A stretch of DNA of 64,000 bases from Phycisphaeraceae bacterium. Lineage in GTDB: Bacteria; Planctomycetota; Phycisphaerae; Phycisphaerales; Phycisphaeraceae. A program made the translations under genes and the position numbers. This document shows, piece after piece, positions 59,012 to 64,000 of the stretch (position 1 is its first letter; each line of letters starts with the position of its first letter). The notes below the pieces were generated by a model. The model ran no database searches. It saw only the letters and a program-made list of their open reading frames with translations, and was not told where the DNA came from. The stretch lies in contig JAVKCD010000019.1 of assembly GCA_040222855.1 (NCBI GenBank), forward strand, positions 230,912 to 294,911, read 5' to 3'.

Positions 59012-60271
59012 ATGACCCGAGCCGCCACCTACGCAGAGCCTGCGCCAAAAACCTTCCTCAAACCCGCCGTTCACCAGAGCAAGCTGTTCTCGCGCAAGGG
59101 CCTCAACGAACGCCTCTTTACCGCCTGGTTTGGCGGGTTTGTCTACAACCAGATCTGGGAAGACCCCCGCGTCGATCTGCAGGCTCTCCGCATCACCCCC
59201 GATGAGTCGAAGATCCTCCAGATCTCCTCCGGCGGGTGCAACGTCCTCAACTACCTTGTCGCTAAGCCCGCTCGCATTGTCGCTGTCGATCTCAACCGGC
59301 ATCACATGTATTTGACACGCCTCAAACTCGCGGCGGCTCAGCACCTCCCGGACCACGCGGCCTTCTTCCAGTTCTTCGGCTGTGGTGACACCAAGCCCAA
59401 CGTCGCCGCCTACCACCAGCACATCAAGCACCACCTCGACCCCGGCACCCGAGCCTACTGGGAACGACGGCCGAAACTCACCGGCCCATTCCGTAAGCCA
59501 AGGATCGAGTACTTCGGCAAGAACTTCTACAACCAGTCCAAACTCGGTCTGCTGCTGCGCGTGACCCACGCCCTGAGCCACTTCACCCGCATGAACCCGG
59601 CCCGCATCCTCGAGCTCAAGACCGTCGAGGAGCAGAAGGCCTACTTCGACGAGCACATCGACCCGTTCTTCAACCGCAAGGTCGTCCGGTTCCTTGGCCG
59701 CGTCCCACTTGTCGGCTTCTCACTCGGCATCCCGCCTCACCAGCACGACGCCATGATGAAAGAGTGCGACGGCCAGGTCATCGACCTCTACCGCGAGCGT
59801 GCCCGCAAACTGCTCTGCGACTTCCCGATCAAGGACAACTACTTCGCCTGGCAGGCCGTCTCACGACGCTACGACCGCGAGAACCGCGAGGGCATCCCCG
59901 ACTACCTCAAGGCCGAAAACTTCGAGACCGTCCGTGCTATGGCGCCTCGTGTCGAGACCCACGTCACCTCTCTCACCGAACGCCTCCACCGCGAAGACGT
60001 TGGCGGCCTCGACCGCTTCGTCTTTCTCGATTCCCAGGACTGGATGCCGCCGGAAGTGCTTACCGAACTCTGGACCGAGATCGCTCGCGTCGCTCCCGTC
60101 GGGGCCCGCGTGGTTTTCCGCACCGCGTCCTCCGTCTCACCCCTGGAAGACGGACTCCCCGCTGAGTTGCTCGCTCGCTTCACCGCTCACCGCGACGAAG
60201 CCGACGAACTCTTCAAGCAGGACCGCTCGGCCATCTACGGCGGCTTCCACATCTACGAGAAAACGGCCTGA
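59012..60271 (+). CDS. btaA: DUF3419 / BtaA-like S-adenosylmethionine:diacylglycerol 3-amino-3-carboxypropyl transferase
   Basis: ...FVYNQIWEDPRVDLQAL...ILQISSGGCNVLNYL...VAVDLN..H..L..LKL... is the pattern of the DUF3419 family. It is followed 5 nt later by a small SAM-methyltransferase gene, as in btaAB operons. The start is ATG 59012. Confidence 0.7.
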   Translation: MTRAATYAEPAPKTFLKPAVHQSKLFSRKGLNERLFTAWFGGFVYNQIWEDPRVDLQALRITPDESKILQISSGGCNVLNYLVAKPARIVAVDLNRHHMYLTRLKLAAAQHLPDHAAFFQFFGCGDTKPNVAAYHQHIKHHLDPGTRAYWERRPKLTGPFRKPRIEYFGKNFYNQSKLGLLLRVTHALSHFTRMNPARILELKTVEEQKAYFDEHIDPFFNRKVVRFLGRVPLVGFSLGIPPHQHDAMMKECDGQVIDLYRERARKLLCDFPIKDNYFAWQAVSRRYDRENREGIPDYLKAENFETVRAMAPRVETHVTSLTERLHREDVGGLDRFVFLDSQDWMPPEVLTELWTEIARVAPVGARVVFRTASSVSPLEDGLPAELLARFTAHRDEADELFKQDRSAIYGGFHIYEKTA

Positions 60272-60276
60272 ACCCC

Positions 60277-60993
60277 GTGACCGACGCAGCTCCCTCCAAC
60301 CACCAGCCATCCAAGCTGGACCACCAGACCCATCAGGCAGGTGGTGATCCGGCAGCGTCGATGGACCGGATGTACCGCTACACACGGCACGTTTACGACG
60401 CCACCCGCAAGTTCTATCTCTTCGGCCGCGACCAGCTCCTGCGTGACCTCGACACCCGCCCCGGCGACAACGTCATCGAGATCGGCTGCGGCACCGCGCG
60501 CAACCTCATCAAGCTCGCGAAAATGCGCCCCGACATCACGCTCTTTGGTATCGACGCCTCCGATCAGATGCTCGAAACCGCACGCACCCGCATCCAGGCC
60601 GCGGGCCTCGCCGATCGCATCACCGTCCGCCAGGGCCTCGCTCAGGAACTCGACGCAGCCCACTTCGGACTGGATAAGCCCTTTGACGTGCCCTTCTTTT
60701 CCTACTCGCTGTCGATGATCCCGCCCTGGAAGGAATCCATCGACGCGGCCCTGCACCATCTCGCGCCGGGACGCAGCCTCTACGCCGTCGACTTCTGGGA
60801 CCAGCAGGCCCTGCCCGCCCCCTTCCGCTGGGCCCTGACCCGCTGGCTACACCTCTTCCACGTCCACCACCGCCCCGAGATGCTCGCCTACCTCGAACGA
60901 CTCGGCGACACTCAGGACTTCCAACTCGACCTCACCTCCATCATGGGCCGCTACGCCTACATCGCACGATTGACACCCGCGACTCAACCCTAA
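60277..60993 (+). CDS. btaB: Class I SAM-dependent methyltransferase (BtaB-like)
   Basis: VIEIGCGTARNL motif I and the YSLSMIPPW post-II region; ~210-238 aa. The start is uncertain: GTG 60277 or ATG 60361. Confidence 0.65.
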   Translation: MTDAAPSNHQPSKLDHQTHQAGGDPAASMDRMYRYTRHVYDATRKFYLFGRDQLLRDLDTRPGDNVIEIGCGTARNLIKLAKMRPDITLFGIDASDQMLETARTRIQAAGLADRITVRQGLAQELDAAHFGLDKPFDVPFFSYSLSMIPPWKESIDAALHHLAPGRSLYAVDFWDQQALPAPFRWALTRWLHLFHVHHRPEMLAYLERLGDTQDFQLDLTSIMGRYAYIARLTPATQP

Positions 60994-61029
60994 GAGCGCG
61001 TCTCGCAAGCACAGTCAGGGAGAGCCACC

Positions 61030-62403
61030 ATGACCACCGCGACCACTCGCCGCCTCACGCTCGCGTCCTACGACCCCGCCAACGGTCAACAACTCGGTGA
61101 GGTCGAGATCACGCCTGTGGATCAGATCACGAGCATCGTCGCCAGCGCCCGCCGAGCCCAGGAAGACTGGGGGGCCCACCACCTCGACGCCCGTGCCGAT
61201 GCGCTCCGCCCGCTCGCCGACCGACTGCGCGACCGCCGGGATGAAGCCGCCAACCTCATCACCGCCGAAATGGGTAAGACCCTCCGCGAGGCTCAAGGCG
61301 AGATCGACGCCATGACCGAGGGCCTCAACGCCGAACTACGCTCCATCACTCAGGCGCTTCAGCCCGAGCACTTCGAGTCCGATGGCATCCGCTCGATTCA
61401 GCATCAGGACCCGCTTGGCGTCGTCGCTGCGATCACGCCCTGGAACTACCCGATGATGATGCCCCACTGGCTCCTCATCCCCGCGCTGGTCGCTGGCAAC
61501 GCCGTCATCCTCAAGCCCTCCGAAGAAACCCCGCTGTGCGGAGCGTTCTACGCCAGCCTCTTCGACGGATTGCTCCCCGCCAATGTTCTTCAAACCGTGC
61601 AGGGTGCCGACGATCAGGGTAAGGCTCTGGTTGAAGCCGACATCGACCTCATCGCCTTCACCGGCTCGCGCGAGACTGGCCGCAAAGTCCTCGCCGCCGC
61701 CGCTCAGGGCATCAAACGAGCCATCCTCGAGCTCGGCTCGAAAGACCCACTGATCGTCCTCAATGACGCCGACATCGACGATGCTGTGGCCTTCGCCGCA
61801 CGAAGCTCCTTCGCTAACGCCGGCCAGGCCTGCGTGAGCACCGAACGTATCTATGTCCACCACACCCTCTACAATACCTTCCTCGACAAGCTTGTCAGCG
61901 CCGCCGTCGCCACACACGCGGGCGACGGTCGCAACCCCGACCACACCCTCGGACCCATGGTCAACGCCCGCCAGCGCGACCATGTCCTCGCCCAGATCGC
62001 CGACGCCAAGGCCCGCGGGGCCCGAGTCCTCCATGGCGTCACCACCCAAGGCAACACCCTCCAGCCCGTCGTCATCGCCGACTTCACCCACGAGATGGAC
62101 CTCGCCCGCATCGAAACCTTCGGGCCAGTTGCCGCCGTACGATCGTTTAATGACGACGAGCAAGCCATCCAACTCGCCAACGATTCTGACCTCGGCCTTG
62201 GCGCCGCCGTCTTCGGCGAGCCCGAACACGCCGAAACCATCGCCGCCCGACTCAAGGTGGGTATGGTCGGCATCAACAAGTCCGTCGGCAGCGCCCACGG
62301 CTGCCCCTGGGTCGGAGCCCGGCAATCAAGCTATGGTTTCCACTCTTCTCGAGAAGGGCATCGACAGTTCGCCCAGACCCGCGTAGTGAGCCGATTGATA
62401 TGA
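61030..62403 (+). CDS. NAD(P)-dependent aldehyde dehydrogenase family protein
   Basis: ITPWNYP, FTGS..TG, ELGSKDP (catalytic Glu), NAGQACVSTERIYV (catalytic Cys) and ETFGPV motifs. Confidence 0.9.
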   Translation: MTTATTRRLTLASYDPANGQQLGEVEITPVDQITSIVASARRAQEDWGAHHLDARADALRPLADRLRDRRDEAANLITAEMGKTLREAQGEIDAMTEGLNAELRSITQALQPEHFESDGIRSIQHQDPLGVVAAITPWNYPMMMPHWLLIPALVAGNAVILKPSEETPLCGAFYASLFDGLLPANVLQTVQGADDQGKALVEADIDLIAFTGSRETGRKVLAAAAQGIKRAILELGSKDPLIVLNDADIDDAVAFAARSSFANAGQACVSTERIYVHHTLYNTFLDKLVSAAVATHAGDGRNPDHTLGPMVNARQRDHVLAQIADAKARGARVLHGVTTQGNTLQPVVIADFTHEMDLARIETFGPVAAVRSFNDDEQAIQLANDSDLGLGAAVFGEPEHAETIAARLKVGMVGINKSVGSAHGCPWVGARQSSYGFHSSREGHRQFAQTRVVSRLI

Positions 62404-63662
62404 CCCACACACCCACGCTGTTCCTGACCCTCTTCCTCTCGATCTGGATTGGTTCCATGACAAGCCCCACCGACGCATCCAATGCCCTCACCCCCGAAGT
62501 CGATGTCGATGAAGAGAACGTCACCACCGGCGAGATCCGCCGCGGCGTGGTCGTCGGCTCAACCGACGGCAAGTCCCGCGAGCAGCGCATCTACGAACGC
62601 GCCATCGCCGTCGTCGAACCTAGCCTCATCGGCAACCCCGCCCGGCTCGACGCCTACATCGACCTCTTCAAACTCAAGTTCGTCGGCGACAACCGCTTGT
62701 TCTTCTTCGACGCCAAAGCCACCTGGGACCCCCAGACCGCCACCCTCACCATCAACGGTCAGGCCGAATACGAAGAACACCATGAGAGCATCGAAAAATA
62801 CTTCCGCTATATGGGCTTCGAGAAGATCGACAACCAGGTCGAGCTCCTGCCCGCAGCCTCTCTCGGCGAGCAACGCTTCGCCATTCTCAACACCCATCAG
62901 GCCTTCATCTACTCCGCCCCCACTGAACCCCGCGAGACCATCACCCAGACCGTCCTCGGCGACCCGCTCTACCTTCTATCGCCCGCCGACAACAACCACT
63001 ACCTTGTTCACGGACCCGATGGCTACACCGGCTACATCGCCGCCGACAACCTGGTCCGCGTCGATGCCGAACGATTCAATGGTTGGCGGTCACGGGATCA
63101 GGCCGTGCTGCACACCAGTATCAAGGTCAACGACATTCCCTTGAGCCTCGGCATCTCGCTGCCCATCGTCGCTCAGTCCGCCGACCACGTCCGCGTCGAA
63201 CTCCCCGATGGCTCACAGACCCTTCTCCCCTTCGACGCCATCGACATCCATCCCAACCTGCCCGACCCCCGCTCCGAAGCCACCATCACCGTCGCCCACC
63301 AACTCCTCGGCGTCCCCTACGTCTGGGGCGGCATCGCCGCCGATGGTCTCGACTGCTCCGGCTTCGTCCAGATCACCCACCGCTCTCAGGGCGTCCTGCT
63401 GCCCCGCGACGCCGACATGCAGGGCACGATGGGCTCTCTCTCCGGCACCCGCTGGCACCGCGATAACATCCGCCGCGGCGACCTCATGCTCTTCCTAGGC
63501 TCTCGCGGACGGATCAACCACGTCGGCATCTACCTCGGCGACGGCCAGTACATCGAGTCCGCAGGCGGCGGCGTCCAGATCACCTCCATCGATCCAAAAG
63601 ATGACAACTACAACGAGCGCCGCGACAAAGCCTTCTGCTTCGCGAAAAGACTGTTCCGCTAA
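62400..63662 (+). CDS. NlpC/P60 (C40) family peptidoglycan hydrolase with N-terminal accessory/SH3-like domains
   Basis: C-terminal YVWGGIAADGLDCSGFVQ (catalytic Cys), GDLMLF and INHVGIYLGDGQYIES (His) motifs. It has a signal/TM N-terminus. Confidence 0.85.
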   Translation: MTHTPTLFLTLFLSIWIGSMTSPTDASNALTPEVDVDEENVTTGEIRRGVVVGSTDGKSREQRIYERAIAVVEPSLIGNPARLDAYIDLFKLKFVGDNRLFFFDAKATWDPQTATLTINGQAEYEEHHESIEKYFRYMGFEKIDNQVELLPAASLGEQRFAILNTHQAFIYSAPTEPRETITQTVLGDPLYLLSPADNNHYLVHGPDGYTGYIAADNLVRVDAERFNGWRSRDQAVLHTSIKVNDIPLSLGISLPIVAQSADHVRVELPDGSQTLLPFDAIDIHPNLPDPRSEATITVAHQLLGVPYVWGGIAADGLDCSGFVQITHRSQGVLLPRDADMQGTMGSLSGTRWHRDNIRRGDLMLFLGSRGRINHVGIYLGDGQYIESAGGGVQITSIDPKDDNYNERRDKAFCFAKRLFR

Positions 63663-64000
63663 CGAGATCTGCCGATCACCGGCGCCTCCACCGAGCCCTT
63701 GACCTCAAACGTCAACAGCCGATCTGTTACTTCCTCCTGCACCTCACGACGCACCCGACGCCCGAGGTCCCCCAGCAGCCCACCCAACTCACCGCCAACC
63801 CGATCCGCCACCCGGCCGATCTCGTCATCAACCTTCTGACCCAACTTATCCTGCGCCTTGAGCTTCACGCTCACCACCGTGTCCAGCGTCTGATCAAACC
63901 CCACCGTCCCATGCCCCTCTACCACCGCCAGCGACGTATCAATCTGTACATCGCCTAGCCGCACCCGGTTGCCCTCCAGCGTAAACGCCACGTCCGCCGC
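63659..64000 (-). CDS. C-terminal part of a larger protein, possibly AsmA-like (gene continues past the right edge)
   Basis: The frame stays open to position 64000. The track 'start' at 63991 is an internal GTG. The tail ...LLTFEVKGSVEAPVIG resembles the end of AsmA-family C-terminal domains. The family call is weak. Confidence 0.35.
   Translation of the reverse strand, partial: AADVAFTLEGNRVRLGDVQIDTSLAVVEGHGTVGFDQTLDTVVSVKLKAQDKLGQKVDDEIGRVADRVGGELGGLLGDLGRRVRREVQEEVTDRLLTFEVKGSVEAPVIGRSR

Noticed and set aside
58925-62325. Antisense ORFs 58925..59656 and 61336..62325
   Set aside because: They are Gly/Val/Glu/Asp-rich shadows of the btaA-like and aldehyde dehydrogenase genes and contain no motifs.
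1-64000. CRISPR arrays, rRNA genes, IS elements, integrases, prophage genes, toxin-antitoxin or known defence-system genes
   Set aside because: I looked for regularly spaced direct repeats, transposase or integrase motifs (DDE, tyrosine recombinase R..H..R..Y) and terminal inverted repeats, and found none. The only repeats are protein-module paralogies and short operator or hairpin palindromes.

Overview
This is a GC-rich bacterial chromosomal window, roughly 60-65% GC by eye (not computed). It has no rRNA, CRISPR array, transposase, integrase or phage genes. The protein families present are many prepilin-like DUF1559-type proteins and PEP-CTERM anchors combined with dockerin-like calcium-binding repeats. 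These suggest a Planctomycetota/PVC-type organism, which is an inference.

Layout:
- 1-4.5 kb: housekeeping genes (partial SWIM-finger protein, CPBP protease, mtnA, MarR regulator, purC, tRNA-Pro).
- 4.5-35.7 kb: a large secreted-enzyme and glycan-utilisation island. It holds nine PEP-CTERM proteins, six of which carry the same dockerin-like module. It also holds two LacI regulators, GH30 x2, GH5, a GH15-like giant, a GH94 phosphorylase, a GH144-like glucanase, and three prepilin-like DUF1559 genes embedded in the enzyme operons.
- 35.8-49.5 kb: a type II secretion / type IV pilus-like system. One eight-gene translationally coupled operon runs PAS histidine kinase - STAS - GspE - GspF - PilM - PilN - PilO-like - GspC/PilP-like. 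A divergent five-gene pseudopilin operon sits next to it, and a receiver + GAF-HD-GYP pair lies beyond that.
- 49.7-64 kb: NDH-2, an SDR/DUF2867 protein, a DtxR-regulated Mn/Fe/Zn ABC importer, a UPF0316 protein, a btaA-btaB-like betaine-lipid pair, an aldehyde dehydrogenase, an NlpC/P60 hydrolase and a partial AsmA-like gene.

Most interesting candidates:
1. A minor pseudopilin whose C-terminal half is a CBM4/9-like carbohydrate-binding module. It lies next to a secretion/pilus ATPase with an MshEN-type c-di-GMP motif, an unusual kinase/STAS front end and a nearby HD-GYP enzyme. Together these suggest a regulated glycan-binding fibre beside the glycan island.
2. The repeated embedding of DUF1559 prepilin-like genes inside CAZyme operons.
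3. A putative beta-1,2-glucan regulon (LacI - GH144-like - GH94 plus two unknown PEP-CTERM paralogs) tied together by a recurring LacI-type operator motif.
4. An ABC-3 permease fused to a DtxR-like metal-sensing domain.

All family calls come from motif recognition by eye. No database searches were run.
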